Of a DNA stretch of 64,000 nucleotides, positions 8,571 through 17,792 are shown piece by piece. This DNA is from Patescibacteria group bacterium (GTDB lineage: Bacteria > Patescibacteriota > Minisyncoccia > Phycocordibacterales > Phycocordibacteraceae): NCBI GenBank assembly GCA_038064595.1, contig JBBTSV010000009.1, positions 8,769 to 72,768 on the forward strand, in the 5' to 3' direction. Made by a program: the position numbers and the translations under genes. The notes beneath the pieces were generated by a model. That model did not search any database and had not been told where the DNA came from. It saw only the letters and a list, made by a program, of their open reading frames with translations. Numbering within the stretch: position 1 is the stretch's first letter; the number at the start of each line of letters is the position of its first letter.

Positions 8571-9794
8571 CTAATTAGGGGGCGCGACCACGACGCTAAT
8601 CGAGGCTGGGTCTTGTGGGAATGACTTACGCCAAAAGGGTCGCAGGATAAGAACTGCGCGCTTCACCTCTGGATAGTTAGTGAGGGCGACTTCAGCTGCC
8701 GAGCGAGTTTTACCGGCAACAGCAGCAGCGATGGTGGTGGGGTCAACTGTATATTCAAGTGCAGCGGTTCCTGAAAGCGCAAAGGTAAATGAGGGGACAT
8801 TTGGCTCTGGAAGATTCGGCGCAGTGAGACGAACCGCGCTCGTAGGCAAGAGAGTGAGCGCGCCACCTTGATACCCCAATCCAAGGACTGATCCTGCAAT
8901 AGCTTCTGCAAGAAGCGCGTTGGGGAAAACGACTGCCGTCACCGTCCCCTGCTCCTTCACATCAACCATGCCGGCCGTCGCTGAAGGAGTGGAGCTTAAA
9001 CTCTCAAAGGTCGTGGTCGCAGCACCTTCAAGCAGAACATACCCTTCTGGCACTTGTTCCTGAATACTCGTAAGGAGGTCTGGGGTGAGCGCTTTCACGA
9101 GCGCGTTGCGCGTCTCTTTCTCAAGTACGGCATCAACGACCGGCTCAACCCCTGAAGAACCACCCGTCATCGCATTCGTCGAACGTGCATACACTTGAGT
9201 CGCTTGAGGTGTGCCAGCAAAGCCGGGTACCGTAAACGAGGTTGGTCCAACGTTATACGTACTTCCTGGTTTGTCAGCCGTCACCTTGACTGAAATGGAT
9301 CCTGGTTTGGCAGTACTCCCTCCCGGGACAGTGATAGCTGACTTGATACGGAAGATGAGACCTGCCGTTGTCGCAAAGCGGGTATTCGCGACGAGGTGTT
9401 GTGCCTTCATCTGTGTGTTGTAGACCGTGATTGTTCCTGACGCACTCGTCGAGACCTCCTTGGTTCCGTTTCCTTTGACGCTCTGGGTCGCGATTTTTTG
9501 TGCGGTGATGATCTCATACGGGAGCGTGCCGGTGCTCTGCGTTGCGGTAAAAGAACTCTGGACCGCAGCCGACGCTGTGCTCGGCGTAATCTGTATCTTG
9601 GCACTCGAGAAGTAGAAGAGAGCACCGACTGAGGCACCGACCACGATGAGCACCGTAAAGAAGGTGATGAAAGGGAAGCGTGGGGAACGATCGATCGGCC
9701 GGGGCGGGATGCGACCTCCGGGGGTGGCTATATCAGTCATGGTATCAAACTCTTTTCGACGTGAGGGAGGGGTAATATCGTTTAGTGTGCGCAT
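8571..9794 (-). CDS. Single-pass membrane-anchored protein downstream of the PilM/FtsA-like gene, possibly a pilus or divisome partner
   Basis: Short Pro-rich cytoplasmic N-terminus, one transmembrane helix (FPFITFFTVLIVVGASVGALFYF), about 330-aa Thr/Ser/Ala-rich ectodomain. Confidence 0.5.
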   Translation of the reverse strand: MRTLNDITPPSRRKEFDTMTDIATPGGRIPPRPIDRSPRFPFITFFTVLIVVGASVGALFYFSSAKIQITPSTASAAVQSSFTATQSTGTLPYEIITAQKIATQSVKGNGTKEVSTSASGTITVYNTQMKAQHLVANTRFATTAGLIFRIKSAITVPGGSTAKPGSISVKVTADKPGSTYNVGPTSFTVPGFAGTPQATQVYARSTNAMTGGSSGVEPVVDAVLEKETRNALVKALTPDLLTSIQEQVPEGYVLLEGAATTTFESLSSTPSATAGMVDVKEQGTVTAVVFPNALLAEAIAGSVLGLGYQGGALTLLPTSAVRLTAPNLPEPNVPSFTFALSGTAALEYTVDPTTIAAAVAGKTRSAAEVALTNYPEVKRAVLILRPFWRKSFPQDPASISVVVAPPN

Positions 9795-9834
9795 ATGGTG
9801 GTAGTATAGCAGTTTTTATTCCGCCACCACCCTC

Positions 9835-10863
9835 TTAGGGTGTGCTCTGATTTTTCCAGTACAGCGTCATGAGAAGCATGAGGAGGTCGGCCGGGCTCGT
9901 CGTCGACTGTTGGACAAAATTGGCAAGCTGGCCGGCAACGACCGGGACCACCGTCGGGGGGCTATCAGAGAGCCAGAGGTCGCCGAGTTTAGCGGCCGCG
10001 AGCGCCTCTTGGAGACCAAATATCTCTGGCTCCCGAGCAAGAAGAAAGATCGTTCGTGGGAGCGGGAACTGGCGCGCAAGCTCCGCAAGCTCGGTCCGAA
10101 TCTGCTGAACCCACCCCTCGACGGTGGCAATGTTTTCAGTCACCTGTGAGTGCGCCATAAAGAGGTCACGTCGCACGAGCGCGATCGAGGTGAGTGGCTC
10201 GGTCACGTCAAAGATGAGTGCGTCGCGCTCGTGCGGGAAAACCGTGCGGATCACCTGATAGCGGAGCGAGCTGCCTGCAATCGGATACACATTCTTAGTA
10301 TGATAGGCGTGTTCGAGTGTGGTGATGATTGCGTTGGCAATCGACTCGTCAATAAGCGACGTGAGGATCACGATCTCCGCACGATGTACCTCTTTGTCGT
10401 ATGGATCTTTAGTCTCATAGCCGTTCAGAATGGTGCCGATCACGCTCTCGTCGACCAGTATTTTGCCGGTCGGTTTCGCTTGCGTTTTCTCGAGCACACT
10501 CGCGACGAGTCGCCTCGAGAAGACAAAGGGTTTCTGCTCCTCCAGGTACTCACTCCGGACAAAGGTGCGCTGCCAGGGTGCGTCGACCGAGACAAGAATA
10601 GCGTCTGCGCTCCCTCGGCCGGTAAGCCGCAAGAGCGCCGGCGCACCGTCTCGGATGAGCACTTCATCGAGCTCTGTGAGTGCACGGACAACTGCCTCCT
10701 GCTCCAGCTCTCCATCACGGAACTCAATCTGTACCCGCGTCGTGTAGACGAGCTGCGGGAGCACGTCTGCGGGAAAGTGGGCGTAGCCGCCCGTGACCGA
10801 GCGTGCGCCAACGTCGATCAACACCACCGACTCACCGGTATGCCGCTTTCCAAACAAGCTCAT
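9835..10863 (-). CDS. Actin-like (ASKHA) ATPase, PilM/FtsA family
   Basis: N-terminal VVLIDVGARSVTGGY phosphate-1-like motif and overall length about 340 aa, consistent with PilM/FtsA. The assignment between the two is not resolved. Confidence 0.45.
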   Translation of the reverse strand: MSLFGKRHTGESVVLIDVGARSVTGGYAHFPADVLPQLVYTTRVQIEFRDGELEQEAVVRALTELDEVLIRDGAPALLRLTGRGSADAILVSVDAPWQRTFVRSEYLEEQKPFVFSRRLVASVLEKTQAKPTGKILVDESVIGTILNGYETKDPYDKEVHRAEIVILTSLIDESIANAIITTLEHAYHTKNVYPIAGSSLRYQVIRTVFPHERDALIFDVTEPLTSIALVRRDLFMAHSQVTENIATVEGWVQQIRTELAELARQFPLPRTIFLLAREPEIFGLQEALAAAKLGDLWLSDSPPTVVPVVAGQLANFVQQSTTSPADLLMLLMTLYWKNQSTP

Positions 10864-10914
10864 CCCTTTATTCTAGCACTTCCGCTCTGCACTAAACTCC
10901 CTGTGCGTGCGTAC

Positions 10915-12732
10915 TCACTGCAAAACGGCTTTGATGCGCCGCACCCCCGCTGACGACGCTTCTTCTTTCACGATTTTAAACTGCGCACCACCCTCACCAA
11001 GCTCGCGCGTGTTGGAGACGTGTGGTCCACCACAAAACTCTATCGAAAATGCGCTCTCAAGGGGTCCCACCGAATACACCGAGACGGTCTCGGGGTAGGT
11101 GGCGCCAAACTCGTGTTCCGCCCCGAGCTTCTCTGCCTCCTCCTTCTTCATGTCGGTGCGCACCACCGGAATAGCCTCCATTATCTTCTCGTTCACGATT
11201 TCTTCTACCTTCTTGATTTGTTCGGAAGTCATTTTCGATCCGTACGAGAAATCGATACGCAGGCGCTCACTGGTGATATTGCTCCCCCTCTGGTGCACCT
11301 CGGGGCCGAGCACCATCTGGAGCGCCTTCAGGAGGAGGTGGTGCGCCGTGTGGTAGCGCACCGTCTCTACCGCGTGGTCAGCGAGCCCGCCGGCAAACTT
11401 CTGCGCGGCACCCGCCCGCGAGAGCGCCTGGTGCTCCGCCATCTTCTGCTTCACGTCTTCAAAGTCTATCCCCGCGCCGCGCTCCGCAGCGATCTCGGCC
11501 GTGAGCTCGACTGGAAAGCCGTAGGTGGTGAAGAGCATAAAGGCATCAATGTTTTCTCCCATCTTCTCAAGTTCGCGCATACCATTTGAGAGCGTCTTTC
11601 TGAATTGCTGTTCCTCTTTCTCAAGCTCCTCTTTGATAGTCTGCGCGGCCGCGTGCACAAACGGATACTGCGCAACGTACGCGGCGCCAAAGCCTTCGGC
11701 AACCTCGGCCAAGACGGCATCTTTGATCCCGAGCTTGTCGGCCTCGCGTATCGAGCGACGAATCAGGCGTCTAAGCACATAGCCCTGTTCGGCATTACTC
11801 GGCCGGATCCCCGACGCGATCATGAAGGTCGCTGCGCGCACGTGATCAAGGACGATCCTAAACGACCTTGTATCTGCGCCACCATTTTCGACAAGGTTTA
11901 ACCTTGTTTCGTAGGACTTTCCTGATCGCTGTTCTAGCACAGTGCGTGCTTGGTCGAATACGTCGGTGAGAAAGACGTCTGGGTTGTTGCGTGTCGCGGC
12001 CGTCATGCGCTCGAGCCCGCCGCCAAAGTCGACATTCTGCTTCGGCAATTTAGCGAATCCATCTGCCGTCTTGATGTATTCCATAAAGACCGAGTTGCCG
12101 ATCTCCATGAAGCGCCCACAGTCGCAGTTGGGGTGACACGCTTCGCCAAAGGCGCTGTCGTGTGGCGTCTGGAAGTCAAAAAAGAGTTCAGAATCGGGAC
12201 CGCCCGGCTCGCCCACAGGCATTTTGTCGGGAGTGCCGGAGCGGCTCCACCAATTCTTCTTGGCATCGTAGAAGAGAATGTGGTCGTCGGGCATGCCGAT
12301 CTGCTTCCAGATCTCAGCGGCCTCGGTATCCTTGGGTAGGCCGAGCGCTTCGTCGCCTAGGAAGCAGGTGACCCAGAGTCGCTCCTTGGGCAGCCCGAGC
12401 TCACTAGTGACAAACTCATAGACCCACGGGAGCTGCTCTTTTTTAAAATAATCACCGAGGCTCCAATTGCCGAGCATCTCAAAAAAGGTTGTGTGGCGAT
12501 TATCGCCCACCTCCTCGATGTCGCCGGCGCGGAACGAGAGCTGCGAGTCGACCAGCCGCGTGCCTAGGGCGTGCGGCTGGCCGAGGAGGTATGGCACCAA
12601 GGGCTGCATCCCCGAGCTCGTGAAGAGCGTGGTCGGGTCATTCTCGGGCACGATGGGCGCCGACGGTATCACCGCGTGCCCCCTTGCAGCAAAAAACGCT
12701 AAATATTTCTCCCGCACTTCGTTCACGGTCAT
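10915..12732 (-). CDS. alaS: Alanine--tRNA ligase, short form (605 aa, no C-Ala domain)
   Basis: MTVNEVREKYLAFFAARGHAVIPSAPIVPENDPTTLFTSSGMQPLVPYLLG AlaRS N-terminal signature, plus an editing domain with a Cys/His cluster near the end. Confidence 0.9.
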   Translation of the reverse strand: MTVNEVREKYLAFFAARGHAVIPSAPIVPENDPTTLFTSSGMQPLVPYLLGQPHALGTRLVDSQLSFRAGDIEEVGDNRHTTFFEMLGNWSLGDYFKKEQLPWVYEFVTSELGLPKERLWVTCFLGDEALGLPKDTEAAEIWKQIGMPDDHILFYDAKKNWWSRSGTPDKMPVGEPGGPDSELFFDFQTPHDSAFGEACHPNCDCGRFMEIGNSVFMEYIKTADGFAKLPKQNVDFGGGLERMTAATRNNPDVFLTDVFDQARTVLEQRSGKSYETRLNLVENGGADTRSFRIVLDHVRAATFMIASGIRPSNAEQGYVLRRLIRRSIREADKLGIKDAVLAEVAEGFGAAYVAQYPFVHAAAQTIKEELEKEEQQFRKTLSNGMRELEKMGENIDAFMLFTTYGFPVELTAEIAAERGAGIDFEDVKQKMAEHQALSRAGAAQKFAGGLADHAVETVRYHTAHHLLLKALQMVLGPEVHQRGSNITSERLRIDFSYGSKMTSEQIKKVEEIVNEKIMEAIPVVRTDMKKEEAEKLGAEHEFGATYPETVSVYSVGPLESAFSIEFCGGPHVSNTRELGEGGAQFKIVKEEASSAGVRRIKAVLQ

Positions 12733-12809
12733 ATGTAGAGAGAGTACCGCACTCATATAAAAAGCAGAAGCCCCATTGCTGGAGCTTCGCGGTCGTGCCG
12801 AACGGTTGG

Positions 12810-13343
12810 TCAGTGGCGCCGGACGAAGTTGGGGACCAGAAGAAGGTTGGCCGTCCCAAATTCGTTTTCGAACGCATGAAAGACATGCGTCCTGACTCCG
12901 TCGTCCCACCAATACTGCACACAGAAGAGAGCGACCGGTCTTTTCGGATCGCCCGTCGGGGTGAAGCAGTGGAGCGAGAAACTCCCGCTCAGATCTCGGA
13001 TCACCTGCGCTGGCCCCGTCTCCTCGAGGTGCGCCAAGACGGCTTCGACCTGCGACAAGGTCAGCGTGTGCCCCAACGCAATCAGCAGGGTGCCGAGTGC
13101 ACGCTCGGTGAGCCTATCACCCCGACCGAGTCCAAGAAGTGCAGCGGCGGCGTTGCGATCATTCCACTTCTCGCCGTCGTCCCAGGCAAACACCGTGACC
13201 AGCGTCAGCGGCGTCGCTGGCTGCATGATTGGTAACCACCGGTCGATGTCGGCGTCCCTACTAGCGACCTGATCAAAGCAGGTGAGCGTAGTCTTCTCCG
13301 CGGTGGGGCTCACGGGGATGTGACCCGCGATCCTAAGATCCAT
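12810..13343 (-). CDS. Hypothetical protein (177 aa)
   Basis: ORF only; no recognisable motifs. Confidence 0.35.
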   Translation of the reverse strand: MDLRIAGHIPVSPTAEKTTLTCFDQVASRDADIDRWLPIMQPATPLTLVTVFAWDDGEKWNDRNAAAALLGLGRGDRLTERALGTLLIALGHTLTLSQVEAVLAHLEETGPAQVIRDLSGSFSLHCFTPTGDPKRPVALFCVQYWWDDGVRTHVFHAFENEFGTANLLLVPNFVRRH

Positions 13344-13490
13344 TTCAATCTCCTTTGGGGTGGGGCCGCGGACGCGGCAGAAGCGAACGGGATTGTGCTT
13401 CTGGACGCATTATATAATAAAACTTTAAACTTGCAATTCTCCTCTTTTCTCTGATTTCCCTTCGATTCCCTTTCGGTATACGATGCAGAT

Positions 13491-15467
13491 ATGAAAAAGG
13501 ATTGGGGATTTGATACGCGCGATATTGATACCACGATGCGGCCGCAGGATGATTTTTATAAGTATGTGAACGGCGGGTGGTTGAACAAGAATCCGATACC
13601 GGCTGAAGAGTCGAGTTGGGGGTCATTCCGTATTTTGCGCTACGAGACCGAGAAGCAGCTGAAGCAGATTGTGACAAAGCTCGTTGCGCAGCCCCGACGC
13701 CGGGGGGTCGGGGCCCCGACCGATGCGTCGGGGCTCGTGCGTGACTTGTACCGCTCGGGGCTCGACATGCCGGCGCGTAACCGCGCCGGCCTCGCGCCGC
13801 TTAAGTCGTGGCTCGAGAGGATTGAGAAAATCAGGGATGTGAAGTCACTCGTCACCACCCTCGCCCACTTCGAGAAGATCGGTGGGGGCGGCCCGTGGGG
13901 CCTCATGGTTGATCAAGACATGAAGGACAGCCGGAAGTATGTGGTCTATGTACACCAGAGCGGGCTGGGGATGCCCGACCGCGACTACTACCTGAAGGAC
14001 GATGCCGAGTCCAAGCGGGTGCGGAGCGCCTATGAGAAGCATCTCGACGCGATTTTCATACTTTCGGGCGTGACGCGTGCTGAAGCCAAGAAGAAGCGCG
14101 ATGTTGTGATGCAGATCGAGAACGCGATTGCAAAGATCTCAATGAGCAAAGAGGAGCTGCGGGATGTGGATAAGACGTATCACAAGATGACCGTGCGGGC
14201 GCTTGCGAGCCTCTCGCCCGCCGTCGACTGGCAGAGCTACTTCAAAATCGTCGGCACGGGCACGCTACGTGAGGTCATCGTCATGCAGCCCACATTTATC
14301 AAGGCTGCTGCTGCCCTCTTGAAGAAGTTCTCGATCGAGGAATGGCAGACCTACCTCACCTGGCACCTCGTCGGCGGCGCCGCGAGCTACCTAGGGGAGA
14401 GATTTGAGAAACAGAACTTTGCCTTCTACGGCACCGTTCTCTCGGGCGTGAAGGTGATGAAGCCCGCGTGGCGCCGCGCACTCTCTACGGTCAACGGCTG
14501 CCTCGGCGAGGTCCTCGGGCAGCTCTATGTCAAAGCGTACTTTAGCCCACGCGCAAAGAAAGAGATCGAGACAGTCGTCACAGATCTCTTCAGAGCCTAC
14601 GAAAATCGGATCAAGAATCTCGACTGGATGAGTGTCGCGACCAAGAAAAAAGCACTCGTGAAGCTCTCGCAGGTGACGCGCAAGCTCGGCTACCCAGACA
14701 AGTGGAAGAGCTACAAGGGTCTCGTTATCCGACCCGACGACTACTTTGGCAATATTCTGCGTGCGTCACTCAAGGAACACGCACGGATGATGCGTCGGCT
14801 CCAGAAGCCGGTCGACCGTAAGGAGTGGTTCATGACCCCGCAGACCGTGAATGCCTACTGTAGCTTTGGCCTCAATGATGTCGTCTTCCCTGCCGCTATC
14901 CTCCAGCCGCCCTTCTTCAATGTCGATGCTGACGACGCGGTCAACTACGGCTCGATCGGCTCGGTCATAGGACACGAGATCACGCACGGCTTTGACGATC
15001 AGGGTTCCAAGTTTGACGGCTACGGCAACCGCACCACCTGGTGGACCCCGATCGACCGCAAACGATTTGAGAAAAAAGCGCACGTACTGGTCGAGCAGTT
15101 TAATCGCTACCGCGTCGCCGGCGGACTCAGGGTGAACGGCGAGCTCACGCTCGGCGAGAATATTGCCGACCTCGGTGGTGCGTCAATCGCCTTTGACGCC
15201 TATCAGCTCCGGCTGAAGAAAACGGGACGCAAGGATATTGACGATCTGACGCCCGAACAGCGATTCTTTATGAGCTTCGCCCTTTTTGAGCGCGAGAACC
15301 GCCGCAAGGAGGCGCAGATGACGCAGGTGCTCACCGATCCGCACTCGCCCGGCCAATTCCGCATCAACGGTCCCGCGTCAAACCTCCACGAGTTCTATGA
15401 AGCGTTTGGGGTCAAAAAGGGTGATGCGCTCTTTCGTGAGTCGTCAAAGCGTGCGAAGATTTGGTAA
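13491..15467 (+). CDS. M13-family zinc metallopeptidase (PepO / neprilysin-like)
   Basis: HEITHGFDD zinc-binding HExxH, ENIADLGG, NAYC motifs. Carries an in-frame E2 palindromic insertion near the N-terminus (RRGVGAPTDASGL). Confidence 0.9.
   Translation: MKKDWGFDTRDIDTTMRPQDDFYKYVNGGWLNKNPIPAEESSWGSFRILRYETEKQLKQIVTKLVAQPRRRGVGAPTDASGLVRDLYRSGLDMPARNRAGLAPLKSWLERIEKIRDVKSLVTTLAHFEKIGGGGPWGLMVDQDMKDSRKYVVYVHQSGLGMPDRDYYLKDDAESKRVRSAYEKHLDAIFILSGVTRAEAKKKRDVVMQIENAIAKISMSKEELRDVDKTYHKMTVRALASLSPAVDWQSYFKIVGTGTLREVIVMQPTFIKAAAALLKKFSIEEWQTYLTWHLVGGAASYLGERFEKQNFAFYGTVLSGVKVMKPAWRRALSTVNGCLGEVLGQLYVKAYFSPRAKKEIETVVTDLFRAYENRIKNLDWMSVATKKKALVKLSQVTRKLGYPDKWKSYKGLVIRPDDYFGNILRASLKEHARMMRRLQKPVDRKEWFMTPQTVNAYCSFGLNDVVFPAAILQPPFFNVDADDAVNYGSIGSVIGHEITHGFDDQGSKFDGYGNRTTWWTPIDRKRFEKKAHVLVEQFNRYRVAGGLRVNGELTLGENIADLGGASIAFDAYQLRLKKTGRKDIDDLTPEQRFFMSFALFERENRRKEAQMTQVLTDPHSPGQFRINGPASNLHEFYEAFGVKKGDALFRESSKRAKIW
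13691..13734. repeat. E2 nested-palindrome element copy 1 (CCCGACGC...GCGTCGGG), in frame in the peptidase gene
   Basis: gccccgacgccggggggtcggggccccgaccgatgcgtcggggc: outer arms CCCGACGC/GCGTCGGG, inner arms TCGGGG/CCCCGA. Confidence 0.85.
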
Positions 15468-15469
15468 TC

Positions 15470-15844
15470 ATGTCCAACACCACCGACGCGGTTATCGCCT
15501 TTGACTTCGACGGCGTCATTGCCTCGTACCAGGGCTTTATCTCTCATGCTGACGTTCAGCCACCGAATCCGGAAGTGGTAAAAACAATGCAGCTCCTGCG
15601 CGAGAAAGGATGCAAAATTATGATTCACTCCACCCGCGGCAATGACTTTCTCGCGCACTACTGCGAGCAGTTCTCACTTCCCGTCGACTACATCAATCGT
15701 CGCCCTGATCTGGTTGGCGAGAACCCCGGTAAGCCCATCGCCTTTGTGTATATCGATGATCACGCGCTCTGCTATCGAGGTCAAAACGCCGAGGACCTTG
15801 TCGACGAGGTAGTCAACTTCAAGCCCTACTGGCGCGACGCGTAA
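15470..15844 (+). CDS. Small HAD-superfamily phosphatase-like protein
   Basis: N-terminal IAFDFDGVIA with the DxDG(T/V) motif I of HAD hydrolases. Confidence 0.55.
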   Translation: MSNTTDAVIAFDFDGVIASYQGFISHADVQPPNPEVVKTMQLLREKGCKIMIHSTRGNDFLAHYCEQFSLPVDYINRRPDLVGENPGKPIAFVYIDDHALCYRGQNAEDLVDEVVNFKPYWRDA

Positions 15845-15898
15845 CTTTATACACTACTCATTGCTCGACCAGCTAACTGGGTTGCTATACTACTTTCA

Positions 15899-16369
15899 AT
15901 GAGTCCTGACTTACTTCAGTGGGCCACGATCCTCTTTAAAGAGCGGGGCGGGACATACGAGACCCTCAGCGCTGAACTGCTCAAGACCGGATATACCCGT
16001 AAGGACATCGATGCGGTATACGACGAGATGGTGCGGCTTGGGCACGCGCTCCCTCCTCCTCCCGCACCAGAAAAGCATATGCCCACGAGTGCTCAGAGCA
16101 CCCCAAGCGCGCCGCACGCGCCGACCTCACCAGAAGAAGTTCAGGCACACGTTGACGAGGCACGCGTTGTCGATGAAGAGGTGCACACCCGCATCTCAAA
16201 GCCTGTCGCGTTTCTCATACTTGGCATCATCCTAGCTCTTGTCGCTTCACTCTTCGGCACCTACTGGTACGCAAAAAATAATCCGCAAGGTTCCCTCGCT
16301 GCGGCCATAAACAAAATAGCCGTCACTCTCTACCTCAACCCGCCCTTCTCGCAAACCCCGGCGCCCTAG
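15899..16369 (+). CDS. Hypothetical protein with C-terminal transmembrane helix
   Basis: ORF with a Pro-rich linker and a single C-terminal hydrophobic helix. Confidence 0.35.
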   Translation: MSPDLLQWATILFKERGGTYETLSAELLKTGYTRKDIDAVYDEMVRLGHALPPPPAPEKHMPTSAQSTPSAPHAPTSPEEVQAHVDEARVVDEEVHTRISKPVAFLILGIILALVASLFGTYWYAKNNPQGSLAAAINKIAVTLYLNPPFSQTPAP

Positions 16370-16383
16370 CACTTGTTAAAGCA

Positions 16384-16408
16384 CGAGGGGCCCCGGTGGG
16401 GCCCCTCG
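16384..16408. terminator. Bidirectional hairpin terminator between convergent genes (CGAGGGGCCCC-ggt-GGGGCCCCTCG)
   Basis: Perfect 11-bp GC stem with a 3-nt loop. Confidence 0.6.
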
Positions 16409-16411
16409 AAT

Positions 16412-16786
16412 TCATCGCCTCTGCGGGGGAAACCTCGCGAAATGCTCGAACACATGGGCGAGCACGCCCAGAGTCAGAAGCATCCCGATGATTGCCGTCC
16501 AGGCGACCGGTGAGGTCGGTGAGGTATGGTAGGAGAACACTGCCCCCACCACCAAACCCACAGGGACGAGTCCAGCCACCACCGCGATCTCCGGAAGAGC
16601 CGGCCCCTCTTCGTTCTTACCGATATCGGCCAGAAGTGAGAGGAGTAGGCTCATGCCCGAAAACGGCATGGAAAGCCGCCAGAGCCAGTCGCCTGCCTCA
16701 AGCGACATGCTCGCCCACACTCCTCCAACGAGAAACGACACCCCCGTCATAAGGAGGCCCCCGTGAAAGATCTTCTCTGCCTTCAT
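16412..16786 (-). CDS. Hypothetical membrane protein
   Basis: Four predicted hydrophobic helices; start taken at the internal MKAEKIF. Confidence 0.4.
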   Translation of the reverse strand: MKAEKIFHGGLLMTGVSFLVGGVWASMSLEAGDWLWRLSMPFSGMSLLLSLLADIGKNEEGPALPEIAVVAGLVPVGLVVGAVFSYHTSPTSPVAWTAIIGMLLTLGVLAHVFEHFARFPPQRR

Positions 16787-16829
16787 GTGACCTCCTTGTC
16801 GAAGTGAAAGCAGGTTGACTGTATAGCGC

Positions 16830-17522
16830 CTACGAGATCCAGTCAATCGGGGTCTCGCCGTGAGCCTCCAGATAACCGTTCACTTTTTTAAAATGGCCAT
16901 TGCCGAAGAAACCCGATGCGGCCGAGAAGGGTGAGGGGTGCGCGGATTCAAGCACCAGGTGTTTAGTGCGGTCAATATGCGCGCCCTTGGCGCGAGCATA
17001 GTTGCCCCACAGCATGAAGACGAGGCGCGTGCGCTCCTCGGAAAGCGTGCGGATAACTGCATCGGTAAACTGCTCCCATCCTTGATTCTGATGCGAGCCA
17101 GCCGTGTGTGCCCGCACGGTGAGAGTTGCATTGAGAAGTAAGACCCCCTGCCTCGCCCACCGCGTGAGATCTCCTCCGCGATTGATGGACACTACGTGTC
17201 CATCAATCGCGCCGTATTCATCTGCAATTTCTTTGAAAATGTTTTGAAGTGAGGGCGGGGTCGCGACCCCCTCATCGACCGCGAAGCAGAGACCGTTGGC
17301 CTGATGCGCCCCATGGTAGGGGTCTTGGCCGAGAATAACGACCTTCACCTGCTCAAAGGGGCAAAGATCAAACGCTCTGAAGATATTCTTGGGCGCGGGA
17401 TACACCACTCCCTCCTGGTATTCTTTTTTTACAAAACTGGTCAGCACTGTGAAATATTCTTTTTCAAATTCACCAGAGAGCTTCTCCTTCCACGTTTTCT
17501 CAATCTTCACCTCCATAAACAT
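16830..17522 (-). CDS. ung: Uracil-DNA glycosylase (family 1)
   Basis: VVILGQDPYHGAHQANGLCFAV (GQDPY water-activating loop) and HPSPFSA near the C-terminus. The start codon overlaps the upstream gene's stop as TAATG, inside a REP. Confidence 0.9.
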   Translation of the reverse strand: MFMEVKIEKTWKEKLSGEFEKEYFTVLTSFVKKEYQEGVVYPAPKNIFRAFDLCPFEQVKVVILGQDPYHGAHQANGLCFAVDEGVATPPSLQNIFKEIADEYGAIDGHVVSINRGGDLTRWARQGVLLLNATLTVRAHTAGSHQNQGWEQFTDAVIRTLSEERTRLVFMLWGNYARAKGAHIDRTKHLVLESAHPSPFSAASGFFGNGHFKKVNGYLEAHGETPIDWIS

Positions 17523-17547
17523 TAGGACACTGGGTGTCCTAACTTTT
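17520..17547. repeat. REP palindrome copy R1 (TTAGGACAC-TGG-GTGTCCTAA)
   Basis: Same palindrome flanks the RAYT gene at 48662, 49338 and 49391. Here it encodes the last eight residues and the stop codon of the MGMT-like gene. Confidence 0.85.
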
Positions 17548-17791
17548 CTGCGTCGAGGAGCTTTCTTTTTACGTCAGGTCCGCCGCGGTTATACTCGCCG
17601 ATCTGTCCATCGCTCCGAACAACGCGGTGGCACGGCACCGTGGGGTCATAATTGTTTTTCATCACGGTGCCCACAGCGCGCGCGGCGCCTGGGTGCCCGA
17701 TGGCGCGCGCCACCTCGCTGTAACTCTTGGTCTGCCCTTTGGGAATCTGGCGCACGGCATCGCGCACGCGGTCGGCAAAGCTGCTCCTCAT
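17522..17791 (-). CDS. Methylated-DNA--protein-cysteine methyltransferase-like (Ogt/Ada C-terminal-domain only, 89 aa)
   Basis: HPGAARAVGTVMKNNYDPTVPCHRVV, with the PCHRV active-site motif. Start taken at the internal MRSSFADR. Confidence 0.7.
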   Translation of the reverse strand: MRSSFADRVRDAVRQIPKGQTKSYSEVARAIGHPGAARAVGTVMKNNYDPTVPCHRVVRSDGQIGEYNRGGPDVKRKLLDAEKLGHPVS

Positions 17792-17792
17792 A

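Noticed and set aside
10150-10953. 267-aa plus-strand ORF (and similar long antisense ORFs at 7109-7705, 11020-11589, 20302-20889, 47439-48386, 50511-51263, 55022-55561).
   Set aside because: These lie antisense to genes with clear conserved motifs and have low-complexity, Arg/Ser/Ala-rich composition typical of GC-rich noise frames.
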